DNA of 64,000 bases from Rhizophagus irregularis. Taxonomy: Eukaryota. The position numbers and the translations under genes are program-made. The stretch covers positions 2,108,001-2,172,000 of the forward strand of contig NC_089434.1 in NCBI RefSeq assembly GCF_026210795.1. The letters are read 5' to 3'. The notes under the pieces were generated by a model, which saw only the letters and a program-made list of their open reading frames with translations, made no database searches and was not told the DNA's origin. This document shows, piece by piece, positions 26,234 through 38,500 of this stretch; the first letter of the stretch is position 1, and each line of letters starts with the position of its first letter.

Positions 26234-28124
26234 TCAAATTGACTTTACATTCAAGCAAGAAAAAATATATATACCTGCTGTAAACTCAACCACATGGCAG
26301 TATCCTGCGGTTTCAAACTTGAGAGCTTTCAATGCTTTGGATGCATTTTCTGGACAAGTGATAAGTGTAGGACTACTCGGCTGTTCCTCTAGAATAAATC
26401 CATCTGTATGGATGCGTCGTACTTTATCCTTATATGGTTCTAATAACTCTGAAGTCATTTTCCGTCCATGTGCTAATAAAAATGGAGCGATCCTAGGATA
26501 CTCACCCTTAAAGGGACTACCTGGGTTTGTGAATTGGAATCGCCACTGGTCAGATCCTACTGGTACGATGGAGTCAAGTGTGTGGCCTTCCAGAAACTTG
26601 AATGGATCTGTTTGATCTGTGGTGAGTGTCTTGTAATTGCGTTTCCTCTGGCAGAGTGCTCCCCATAGTGTATTGAGAACTCTCTTTGCAACATGACCGG
26701 CCACGCCACCCTGGTTCTTTACATTGAAGAGAAAGTGGACATTCTCACCAAATATTACAGTCCCAGGAATTCTTGCTTCTCTGTCATATATCAAGGCATT
26801 TGGCTTTCCATCCTGGATTAACTGTATATCGAGACCAAGTTTCTTTGCTCGTTGTAAGTCAATGAATGTATAGACTCCCCTCTTATTCTGTCGGAAGAGA
26901 ATGTCATTACCACTTACCTTAACATGAAATAATCCATACAAGGCATAACCTCTGTGGTCTACAAAGTCTTTGAGTATTTGAAACTTACCTTGTCGGATTG
27001 GATGGAAAGTTTGCATTCGATTGCTGAATACTTGGATACAAACTTGTTACGTCGTATTGTCTTCCATAGCCCTTCCATTCATTATCTGCCCAGATAAGCC
27101 CTCCCATCATAGCATCATTTATCCACTCTGCTTCTATAGGGTCAAGAGGATCATTGGCTGGAACCCCTACACTAAACCGTTCAAAAAGCCAGAGAGCAGT
27201 TTTCTTGTATGACCAGTTGTGGTAAGATAAGTCGATTCCTAGACCGAACTTCTTTGTAGCCTGTAGGAAGGAATCCCGCTCTTCATGTATGGATCCTCTG
27301 GTATGTTTCCTCAAGTGTTTCATATATTCCAGTTTTACGATTCTTCTCAATAGGGATGAAGGAGTAACTATCAGAGTTTTTACCTTTCTGAAACTGTCCA
27401 ACTGTAAGAGACTTAACTGTCTTACCATTGTATATTGTTACTACATTATTAACCCCATCTTTACGATAAACAAAGGGAGACTTTTGTTTTCTATCTAATT
27501 TACTAGGGTGGAGTCTTCCGGGATTCAGTGCAAGAGAGTAGTGGCCTTCAGACAGGATGAGGGTTCGCGTCTATCAGACTTGCTCTTGGAAATTCAAGTG
27601 GAATCCCCTACAATATTAAGTGCAAGGCTTCCTGCAAGTTGTTCAACCTTATCCATATATGAGACTGGAACTGGAGCATCACGATTGAGACCTAATGCCT
27701 TTTTGATATATTCAGGCTTTTTTATAGTCTCGGGTATTTTAGAAAATATACCATAGATATGCTTCAGACATTCATACAGGCAATCATTTAGCTCCCCATT
27801 GCATCCTCCTACAACCGGTGGAGCATCTCTCACATAAATTATGAATCGTTCAAAGTAATCAGGATCTGCATTATCTGGTAGTTGTGCTTTATCATAATGG
27901 TCCAAGAGTGAGAAGAGGCTGGCTGGTTGGTTTCCTGATGTCCATCCACCAGGTTTCCAGTTTTTATAGGGGAGCAGGATCTGAAATTTATGAGTTGGAT
28001 ACCGGGATTGGAGTTGCTGTCCAAGTCTGGCAAAAGCTCCTCTAGAAAATCTTGTGCCTGAATACTGTAGTTCTTTGATATCTGTTCTTGTAGGTAAAGC
28101 ACGTGCAATTTTTGAATAGGCCAT
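26234..28124 (-). pseudogene. Protein-primed family B DNA polymerase, frameshifted
   Basis: MMGG, motif A YDVTSLYPS, motif B KRVLNTLWGAL, motif C RIHTDGF. N-terminal NDCLYECL..EGHYSL Cys/His pair. Split over ORFs 27594-28124, 26985-27428 and 26234-27016. Confidence 0.85.
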
Positions 28125-28207
28125 TTGATATAACTATGAATTGTATTCAATTGTAACATAGGTTTTTTATATAAAAAATATAAGATAACTAAGAGGCGCT
28201 TATCTTA

Positions 28208-31022
28208 TTAAAAGGAGTCAATCATATCACAGGCCTCATCAATATCCAACTCATCTACAAATCCATTAGCAGCCTCCCACTGGCGTTCCATATCAGTCTT
28301 TGGACGCTCCTCTGGGATTTCTCGTGCCTTACCTTTATTCATCTTCATAGTTTCATAACCGGAGGTGGTAGGGATAATCTCGGCATCACGATCCTCCTTG
28401 TATATTCTTATTATATCTGCGAGTTCTTTACGGCTAGGTGTTTTAGGTAAGTTCCCATTATATTCGATCCAGTCCTTGAAGCGGTCTACTACCTCCCTAA
28501 GGTAGTACTGGTACTTGTCTTCAATACGCATTGTGGGACATTCCTCTACTTCAAACGCGAGTATTTCCCAGTCATAGTCATCTGATTCATCTTGGTACTT
28601 AGCCCATAAATCCTTACCTGTATTGTAGAGATTATTGAAAACCTGGTCCTTTGAATTCTTGACCCATGGCTTACGATCCCATCGGTGTCTTTCTTGCCAA
28701 GCCCAGTGTGCTCGAGTACCTTCCTTTGGTTCAGGTCCCGGTCGACTTCTAGTTCTGTGTCAGGTTCTGGGATAGGTTGCTCTTTGAGAGTCAGTTCTAC
28801 TACAGGTTCTGTAGAAGATTTGGAATCTGTGAGGGATTCGGATTTTGCAGAAGATTCTGCAGGAGACTCGGGTTGTTGTTCATGAGCTGGGTTTGTGGTT
28901 ATAGGATCTGAGTCAGATAACAAGTCATCTAAGACGTCGTAGTCATCTGGCTCAGGGGCAGACGGTTTTTTAGGAACTAGATCCTCAGCAGACAGCTCCT
29001 CTTCTTGGTTGGGTTCCTTGTCAGATAGATAACAGTCCGAGAAGTTATCTATAGGTTCATCAGTATCTGACTCTATAGGAGCTGGAGATTCCTCAGGAAT
29101 AGGATCCTCATTGATGACAGGTGCGGGTTTTACCTTCAAGCAATCGGGCTTAGGTGGTACTGGTGGTGGAGTCTTTTTGAAAACTGGTTGCTCTTCAGTA
29201 GGTTTTTCTTCGACAGGTTTCTCAACAACTAGCTCCACTTCCTCTTGATCTACCTGTACATCCTGTATGTCTTGTGTCTCCTGGATTACTCTACTAAAAT
29301 TCTTTGCGATTTTTGCTTTATCTAGTATGTAATAGTTTATTCAAGCACCTGAATGTCTTGGGCGAGTTTTAGGAATGAATTGCTTAATCTCCATACCAAA
29401 CTTATTATCACTAAGTGTTTTGTTTTCACCCTTCTCACTGCACCAATTCTGGTAAGTGCTATAGAAATTTGTACAAGGGATTTCAAGTGTATCACAATTG
29501 TCGGGCCACATTATTTCAAGGTAATATTGTATGAAACGCTGGGGATTTGGAATACTTGCTTCGATTAGCTCCTGTTTCATTTGAGTATCAGGAATAGATC
29601 GGGGATTGAAGATAGTTAAGTCTCGGCTAAGTAGATAGGACATGAAGGAACTGGCTGTATCTGGATTTTCTAATATTTTTACTAGAGAACTGAAGTATTC
29701 TCGATTGCCCTTATATTTGGCTGATACATTGAGAGCATAACAGAAGTTTGATTTCATTGGTTGATCTACAAGGATTCTGATTGGTAAATCAAATTTCATA
29801 AGAACAACTTCGTAACGCCAATCTTGGAGTTTCACAAAAAGCTTTAAAAGAAATGATCATCTCTTCATATTTCAACCTTGCTCACGTGAATATAAAAGGA
29901 TTTTTTGTAAGAAAAAGACCCAAGTTTCATTAATATTTTGGTCTTTAAAAGGTATAAAACCAATATACTGACTTTGTGTAACATGTTCGTAATTCTAAAG
30001 TTCTTCCTAGTAAAACTTGGTGGAATAAAGAGATCATAGAGATAATAATGCATATAATGGTAGAGTAACAGCAGAAATATGTTCTAGTGAAATTTCGCGT
30101 CAAACGGATAGGTCTTTAATGTAGCTTAATATGACACATCATGATTTACTATATGTGCTATTCTATACGCTATATAAATAGTTCATGTAACCAATGATTA
30201 TTTAAGAAACTCTGTTATGCTTACATTGAGGGCTACAAATCTTTCATCTCCCATTTCTATGCGGATTGGCATAGCATGATTACTTAGGATCATGTAGCCA
30301 GCAAAGTCATCAATAACCTTCACATCTATCCCCTTTTCCTCAATAGAGATGTAAGGCTCAGTGATTAAGCTCTTAAGTCGATTATTTGCTTCATGCCATT
30401 CCTTGCCTGTCATATCACATTCATTGAGGATAATGAGTTTTTTGGCACGAACAGCTGCATTGAACCTTCCCATTACATCTTCAAGACGGGTAGTGGAGAG
30501 AAAGTTTTCACGACCAAGAATATGTTCTCTGATAAAATCGGTTAAGATATTCTTACCACATCTGGGGGGACTGCGCATAATATTTGCTGTACCGGGGTTT
30601 TTGTCTGGATTTTGAACCAGTAATGCGAGCCAGTTGAGGATGTATGTGGTTAACTGCTTGTCCTCTGCACACCATACCTCATGAACATGTCGAATGATTG
30701 GATTAACTAGGTTCGGTTTGATGTGCTCAGCGGGTTGAGCCCTGAAACCTAGAAAGAGATTGAAGAATTCAAGATTATACTTTGGTGCATTTGGGGATAA
30801 GGCATGAAATTAACATCTGCTTGAGATCTGCAGCAAACTCGAAGTATATGCTTCCATTATAAGCCTTCTTTTTTCTGATCCACATGCCGGACTTCGTGGT
30901 GATGAAAGCCACATAAGCTGAGATTGCTGAATTGACGCTTTCTTTTGTGTGTGTACCTATAGAAGGTCATCGTAGAAGAAACGGTTGTTGGGGTTAAAGA
31001 TTGCTAGAACTTGGGCAGTCAT
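28208..31022 (-). pseudogene. D5-like SF3 helicase with winged-helix domain and long acidic/Pro-rich C-terminal extension; interrupted by a MITE
   Basis: FNLFLGF.A, Walker A GKN, GRFNA, Walker B LIILNE, LKSLITE..IEEKG, motif C ILSNH..ERF, wHTH FYSTYQNWC..NKFG. ORF 28546-29238 is in frame after the TGA at 29341. Start MTAQV at 31022. Confidence 0.8.
29734..30221. mobile_element. Mutator-like MITE inserted in the helicase
   Basis: 9-bp TSD TACATTGAG (29725-29733 / 30222-30230), TIR AGCATAACAGA. Removing it restores ERFVALNVSAKYKGNREYF. Confidence 0.9.
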
Positions 31023-31239
31023 TTTTTGTTCTATCAAATCAAGTACTAATTTATAGTTACCTAATCTTCAATTGCCGAATATTTTTTCCAAAGATCTGCA
31101 CTCCTACCTGGTTACCCTCCTGTAGTCCTGTAGTCCTGCGGTCCTGCGGTCCTCCGGTCATACCCGGTTATCTTCTAGGGGTAAAAAAAACTATAAACCA
31201 CAAACCTTTACAACTGCTCTAAATCTTCCTTTCCCCTTT

Positions 31240-31689
31240 TCAATCCACATATATCTGAAATCCAAACCGCTCAAGAGCTCCTTTTACTATAGTTAGCTCT
31301 TTTCTAGCATCCGTTAACTCTTTACAAGCCTTTTGATACTCCTTCCATTTAAGCTCATGAAGTTCACGATTTCCAATACCTCCCCCCTCATATGATTGAC
31401 CAAGAGTATCCCCCACTTTTTCCTTCTTTTCTACTGCCCTGTCGTATGCTTCCTCAACTTTCTCATGCTGCTTCCACAACTTGGCTTTACAATAGTTGTA
31501 CCAGAGTCTGTTTATCTTGAGATGCTTTTCGAATTCTTCGACCGGAAGGTTTCTGACCATTTCTGCTACTATGTCCGGGTCATTGAGAGGTGAAGCCTGC
31601 ATTTTGATCCATTTATGGATTCCATAGATGTCTACAAGATCAAGACCAAGGTCTTCGGCAAGAGAAGTGGCTGCGTGTAAGTTCATCAT
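31240..31689 (-). CDS. 149-aa protein with a degenerate F-box-like segment and coiled coil
   Basis: Intact ORF. PLNDPDIVAEMVRNLPVEEFEKHLKINRLW resembles an F-box. Confidence 0.5.
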   Translation of the reverse strand: MMNLHAATSLAEDLGLDLVDIYGIHKWIKMQASPLNDPDIVAEMVRNLPVEEFEKHLKINRLWYNYCKAKLWKQHEKVEEAYDRAVEKKEKVGDTLGQSYEGGGIGNRELHELKWKEYQKACKELTDARKELTIVKGALERFGFQIYVD

Positions 31690-31747
31690 TGTATGTTACT
31701 TATGGTATACCCATTGTTCAATTACTTATTTTTTCTGACGGGGTAGG

Positions 31748-32110
31748 TGGCCATAGTTCAGTGGTCATAGTTCGGCGGTCATAGTTCGGTGTTCCAGGTA
31801 AGTAAATAAAGGGTGGTTATAGTTCGGCAATCATAGTTCAGTGGTCATAGTTCGGTGTCCCAGGTAAGTAGATAAAGGGTGGTCATAGTTTGGTGGCATA
31901 GTTCAGTGTCCCAGGTAAGTAGATAAAGGGTGGTCATAGCTTAAATCGGGTTTTGGAGCCTGAGGGGCTAACTAAGGTGGCCATAGTATTATCATAAGTT
32001 TTTCGAACTGTGGCCAGTACTATGAACGGATATTCTGTCTGATTTTGGCTTTATTCGTGTTTTTATCCACTTTTTAGTAGTCTGGTCATAGTGGTCATAG
32101 TGGTCATAGT
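31748..32110. repeat. Iteron-like GGTCATAG(TTC) repeat cluster
   Basis: More than 10 copies of gg(t/c)catag, three copies of ccaggtaagta.ataaagggtggt, tandem tggtcatag x3 at 32083-32109. Confidence 0.8.
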
Positions 32111-32589
32111 AGTTTTATATATAAGAAAAAATGGAGTAAAAAAAGGAGTTGGAAAGTAGTGTGACCAGCCATGGCCACTGTGGCCATGGTGGTAGTATAT
32201 ATGGGGATGCCTGAGCCCCGTAGGGCCATATAGGTACTGCGACAGGTCGTAGACCTGGAGGTGGGTGGTGCTTGCACCTCCCACATCCAGCCCGACGACA
32301 GTAGTAGTGGTAAGGGGTTTATAATAGTAGCCATTACAGTATCATGCAACAGATTAAAGGACGAGTAGGGTGGTGTTCAGCAGATTCGAAGGCCTTTGGG
32401 TCCCTGAGATATGTCCTTGTGTTTCGGTTGTGGTGTTAAATTGTCCCTGTTAAAGGCGGCAGGGATGGTTACATCATGGCTTAGTGAGGATGATGCAATG
32501 AATGACCTACCTCCATAACCTTCAGTAGAGGGTGCGAAAAGTAGTGGCCACTAAACGTACAATACACTTGTAAAATAATCACCAAATAT

Positions 32590-35500
32590 TTAAAGGCGCA
32601 GATCAAAAAGATTGCTAACACCCTCAGTACTCTTGATGAAACTGTCTCTTGGATGCAAGATACTATCACGCAACACGACTATAGGCTATCTAAGCTTGAA
32701 TCAATGATGAGTTATGATAACCCTGGAGACTCTGATTTGTATCCGCCTCATGATGACAATGATAACCTTTCCTATGGTAATGGATGGGATGATGAACGAA
32801 ACCAGGAAATGAGTTCACGATCCAAGCTTCCTCCCTATACTTCCTCTTCTCTTATGAACACCTCTCCTGATGCTTCCTTCTCAACTCTGGATCCTAGCCC
32901 CGTATTATCTAATAGACATGTCCCCTTACCAGACACCCGACCTAATATTATTGCCCCTGATGCTACTGCTTCCCGTCTACAATTGGAAATTTCTAATGTT
33001 ACTAGTGTACATAAAAATCTTTCTGCCCAACTTGGTTCGATTATGGAAAAATTGGACTCCTTCTCTCCCCCTAACCCTTCCCCTTCTAATGATTGAACAC
33101 CAATTTATATTGGGTGCTACACAGGGATTTCACCCCCTAACAGTGCGATACTTAATCATAATAATTACAATAATCATTCCTTTTCTCCTTTCCCTTTTAT
33201 TAATTTTGGACAAATTAATGTTAATGGTTTGTGTTCTCCTGTTCGACAGTTGCATTTGTTAAACTATTTCCTACACTCTTCATTTGGTGTTTTATCCTTA
33301 AATGATACTCGTCTTACTTCATCTAATGCTAAATTTATTTTTCAAAATGATCACTCCCAATATGATTTTAAGTCCTATTGGGCCCCTTCCCCTTCTAGTT
33401 CACGACCTCATGATGGTGTTGGTCTTTTACTCCGCCATCCTTTACATAAACATGTTCAGAAGATCGATCCTTGGAAAGGTCGTCTTTTAAAATTAGATCT
33501 TTTTTTTCATCAGACAAAAATTTCTTTTATTTCTGTTTATATTCCTCCTTATCATTCTATTCATTACAAAGAACGTGATGCTATTTTTGCACAACTTAAT
33601 TTGTGGCTTGATAAAGCCCGTTCTAATAATTATCATGTCATCATCCTTGATGACTTTAATGCAGATGAACTTTCACATTCACATCTTCCTCAACATCATT
33701 TGAAATTCTTGCGATCACTCTCTTCTCGATATTTTATGGATCATCAATCCCATATTTCTTCAATTTCAGGTTCTAGTTCTACCTTTTACCTGACCACCGT
33801 GTACTTATAATAGCCTTTGACTTTAGTTCTTGTTTTGCTACTTTAGCCAAAGCTAGATTAAAACAGAAAAGCGAACTACGCACCATTTTTCTCTACAAAA
33901 ATTTAAAGGAAGATATTTGGGATTCATTTTCCAAAGAAGTAAATTCACGCCTTGAGGTTTATATGACCACATATCATCCTTCCATATCTGCTCTTCTTTT
34001 GGACAAACTTTGGCACGCTCTTAAACGTTCTATTCTTGGAGGCGCCATTGATTCTTTACCATTTCAACATGTATCCAATACTCATCACCATAAATATTCT
34101 TCTGAGCTTACGATGCTTATTGCTATCAACAAATTTTTGGATCGATTATTGTTTAAATTGACCACGTCTTGGACTAGTCGCCCCGCTCAAATTTCACAAA
34201 TGATTAATTCTTTACCTACACAATTGACTCTTTTGAAATCTCTTTTAACAGATTATACTATACCGATTTATAGTACAACACCAAATTTTTGTGTTCACAA
34301 AAGGCTTTGGTCTCTGCTTATCTTTCCACGCAATTTCATCAACATCGTGTGGATTCCATTGAATATTATACTGCTCTTAGAGATGAACATTTCTCTACAT
34401 CGCCGGGTTCTTTTATTTCTTCAGCTCTGTCAGTGGAACATCGCTCTATCGTTCTTGATAGAGTTTTGGTTGTAATTGACTCCAAACCCACATTACTTAC
34501 TGATCCTTCAGATATCAAACAAGCTGCCGTCAAACATTTCCAATCAGTTGTTACTCCTCCTTTTGTTCAGCATTCTTCCACAGATGAATTTCCTCCACGT
34601 TGGCAAAGAGCATATACTCCTATTTTTGACATTGACTCATCTTTATATAACTCGGTCATGTCTCCTATTCTGGAAGAAGAATGGAAGAACACTATCCAGT
34701 CTATGCCTAACAAAGCCTCTGGTCCTTCCAAGATCTCTTATGAGATGCTCAAACATTTAACTGGAGAAGCTTTCAATTTGTCCCTTATATTAGCTAATGC
34801 CTGCTTCACTTATGGAGATATTTCTGCTGATTGGCGTGAAGCGCTTGTTTATCCCATTCTGAAGCCTCATGAATTTGACGCCCAATTAAAGAATATGCGT
34901 CCTATTACTCTGTTAGAAACTGTACGGAAATGTGTGGTTAAGGTCGTTACAACTCGACTTTCAAAAATCCTAGCTGATAACCAAGTGCTTCAAGGTGGTA
35001 ATTTTGCTGGATTACCAGGCGGTTCCTATTAAGATGCTTGATGCTATTATTCATCAACGCCGCTTTGACAAAACTGATGACCAAGAGTTATGGATTGTTT
35101 CTCAAGACATTTCTAAGGCCTTTGATTCGATTGATCTGAATATGCTTAAATTGGCTTTAATCCGTCTTCATATCCCGCCTTTGTTGATCAAATTTATCAT
35201 TAATCTCTTCACTAGACGTAATAATAAAATTATTACCCATCATGGCAATACTTCTGGATATAGAGTTAGAATTGGTATTGACCAAGGTGAAATAATTTCT
35301 CCGCTATTATGGGTGATTTATTTAGATCCTTTGCTTACAACACTTAATCGAGAAGCTTGTGATCCCTTTATTTTAAAATCCTCTGCATTATTGGATTACT
35401 CTCCGCTTGATTATGAACAACATAATCTTCCTGTCTCTCATATTACATTTATGGTCATCTAAACGAGGAATTGAAGATTGCCTTTCCATTACTGCTGAAT

Positions 35501-38500
35501 TTTATACTCTAAATAATACTCAAGCAAATTCAGCAAAATATATCCTTCTTTCTTCTGAACAATTTTCTCAAACTATAGTGTTTGATCTTTTCCCATTTCC
35601 CCTAATTCCAATCCGTACCTTACTTTAAAAGCATTAGCTTTATCCACGTCTTTTCGTTTTTTAGGTGTTTGGTTTTGTCTTTTGGCCTCTTCTCATTTTG
35701 TTCATAATCAAACCACTTCCATGGTCAAAGACATGGCTGCTTTACTCAGTCCTAAGAAACTTTTAGCCCAACACGTGGCTTACCTTTATAATGTTGTCTT
35801 ACTTCCGAGGCTAGAATTTCGTCTACAAACCACATTATTTGCTGAATCTACCATTAATCGTATGGTTTCTCCAATGCTTTCCCTTATTCGACAGTAGGCT
35901 GGCTTTGCTTCAATCACTCCTCTCCCCGCGCTTTTCACATTATTGCCGTTCTCAATTGAACAAGCGTTTAGCCGATTTTTATCATCTCATGTGGCTTCAT
36001 GGCAAAAAATTTTTTCTCATCCTTTATATAAGGTTTTTGCCAATTATATGATTACTTATCTCCAAGGTTTCTTGGACTGTGATGCCTGTCCTTCTACTAT
36101 CAATTTGGAACCATGGTCACATACCTTTTCCCTGCGAACACATTCTTTGTTCAATTCTTTATTGTTCTTTTCTCGATTGAATATCACGTGGTCTTTATTG
36201 TTCCAACCTCCGAGAAAAGATCTATGTCCAGTGATTCCACTCCAGAATATTTTACCAAAAGACTTATTTATTTCCATGAAAAATGTTCGGAAGAATTTTT
36301 GCACTCGATATCTTGCTCAATTGATTACACCGTGTGGCTCTCGACTTCTCTCATGGAAAGATTTACACTTTCTTAAACGGGTTTCGAACAAAGGATCTGT
36401 GCCTGCTTGGTTTAATTATTTATTTAATCTTTTAAATCAATTATTATTTGAATAAACACATCTATTAAATCTTAATTTCTCAATTAATTCAAAATAAATT
36501 AAATTTTGTTGAGATTCAATTAAAGAAATAAGTTGATTCGTTTCATCATATAAATTTCGAAAATCACAATTGATTAGAATTCCTATTTCTCATACTGTAG
36601 CTTATATTTCTTTTATAGATATTAGTCGTAATTATTTGTTTAACCCTCAATGGGCTATTTCTTTTAATCGTAATACTAACTCTTTCCTAGTTGGCCGTGT
36701 GATTATCACCTATCCTGCTCCGCGAAATGAAGCTCTTATTTCACATTGGATTGCGTCATCTGCTGATGACTTACTTTCTGAGTTTACTGCATGCCGTGGT
36801 TGTGCCTCTGCTATCTCCCACTCCTCTACCTCTAAGACGCTTATTAAACAATGTCCCTCTAAAGAATGTTTTTCTTATGTTCCTTTATCATCTTTGATCC
36901 GTTACCCTACGAAACCTCGTACTTATATACATGCAGATACTCGTTCAGTTTCACTTTCTGCCTCGTTAGGCTTTGCCAAATCTCTTTTATTATTTCATCT
37001 TTTTGCGCCGGCTTGATTAGTCCTTAAGAACAATCAAGTGTCTAGGATTTCTGATGTCCATCTTCCGTCTTCAGTGTCTACACTTTATATTGATGGTTCT
37101 TTCTTTCCTCCTTCTAGTCATCCGACATCTTCGATGGCTTTTGCATGAACTGCTATAGATTCTGATGGATTTATTCTTGAATTCTTTTATAATACCATTT
37201 CTTCTAATTTTCCTTCTGCATTACATTCAGAAGTTTATGCTTTATTGCATGGACTGGACTCCTCCCCCGGAATTCTAAGATTACTGTCGCCACTGATTGT
37301 GCCCAATTAATTTCTTTATGGTCTTCATACGTGGATGCTCCTTTTATTCCTAGAATGCTTAAAGAATCCAATCACCTTTTGTGGTCCTCCGTACGAGCCA
37401 TTGTCTCACAAAAGAATCTGGAGATTACTTTGATCAAGGTTCCTGCTCATGCTGATGACCCTTTGAATAATCATGTGGATGCATTAGCTAAAGCTGCTCA
37501 TTCAGACTCGCGTCTCTCTTCTCAGTCGTTGTCCGAACTTTTCACACCTTGCATTTTACAATTTAATTCCTTATCTGTGGATATGAATATTATGAATATC
37601 CAGCAATTTATTAGAGATATTTTTGACGCTAAGAGTCTATTAACTCTTGCTGTTTTACCAAGATTTAATTCCAATTCTTTTATCTTGGCTATTGATTGGA
37701 CTTGTACCAAGTTTTGTTTTAACAACAATAAGCAAATTTTCTCCCATCGGAATGGCCATTCTGAATTTTGTGCATTCCAAATCAAAATACTATTAGATAT
37801 GCTTCCGATGCTTACAACTCTTCAGCGACGGAAGCCTCATCTCTATGATCCAAGTTGGCTTTGCCCTCAATGCAACTTCTTCCCCGAGACTTTAGACCAC
37901 TTGTGGACTTGTCCTTATATCTTACCCGAATTTAGTCCTTTCACCACCTTTAAAACACTTTTATTGGATCTTCGATCTACTTATCTTGATAAATTCATTT
38001 CCGTGACATCTTTAAAACCTTTACCAGATTTTTTTGCTGCTGAATTCACGGCTATTGACTGTTGGCTTTGTGACCCTCCTTCGTCCTCTTGCCTGAGACT
38101 CGCACGTGGACTTATACCGATATCCTTAACTGGATTTCTTGGAAATTATTTTTCTCCATCCACCATATGGTCTATTTTAGATACACCTTTGCACAACTTT
38201 CATTTTGACCTTTATGTTCAAATCTGGTTATGCCGTTCCATTTTCTTTCATCATTGGGAATCAGCTCAAGGCATCACTAAAAAGATGAAAGGACTTATAC
38301 CGATATCCTTAACTGGATTTCTTGGAAATTATTTTTCTCCATCCACCATATGGTCTATTTTAGATACACCTTTGCACAACTTTCATTTTGACCTTTATGT
38401 TCAAATCTGGTTATGCCGTTCCATTTTCTTTCATCATTGGGAATCAGCTCAAGGCATCACTAAAAAGATAAAATCGTCCACTTTTGGACCTTCTATCATT

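Larger units (their letters stand above)
25150..32560 (-). mobile_element. Virus/linear-plasmid-like self-replicating module (pPolB + SF3 helicase + small ORFs); boundaries approximate
   Basis: Five co-oriented, closely spaced, intronless genes, visibly more GC-rich than host DNA, with replication motifs and a shared upstream motif. Confidence 0.75.

Noticed and set aside
26142..26615. Plus-strand ORFs overlapping the polymerase and other TE genes (also 19614-20024, 20474-20788, 53096-53482)
   Set aside because: Antisense shadows of motif-bearing genes on the opposite strand.
32063..32349. His/Thr-rich ORFs 32063-32284 and 32104-32349
   Set aside because: Their composition derives from the 9-bp repeats and palindromes, and they lack the module's upstream motif.
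25100..32560. Canonical Polinton/Maverick call
   Set aside because: No integrase, ATPase, capsid, long TIRs or 6-bp TSD are visible.
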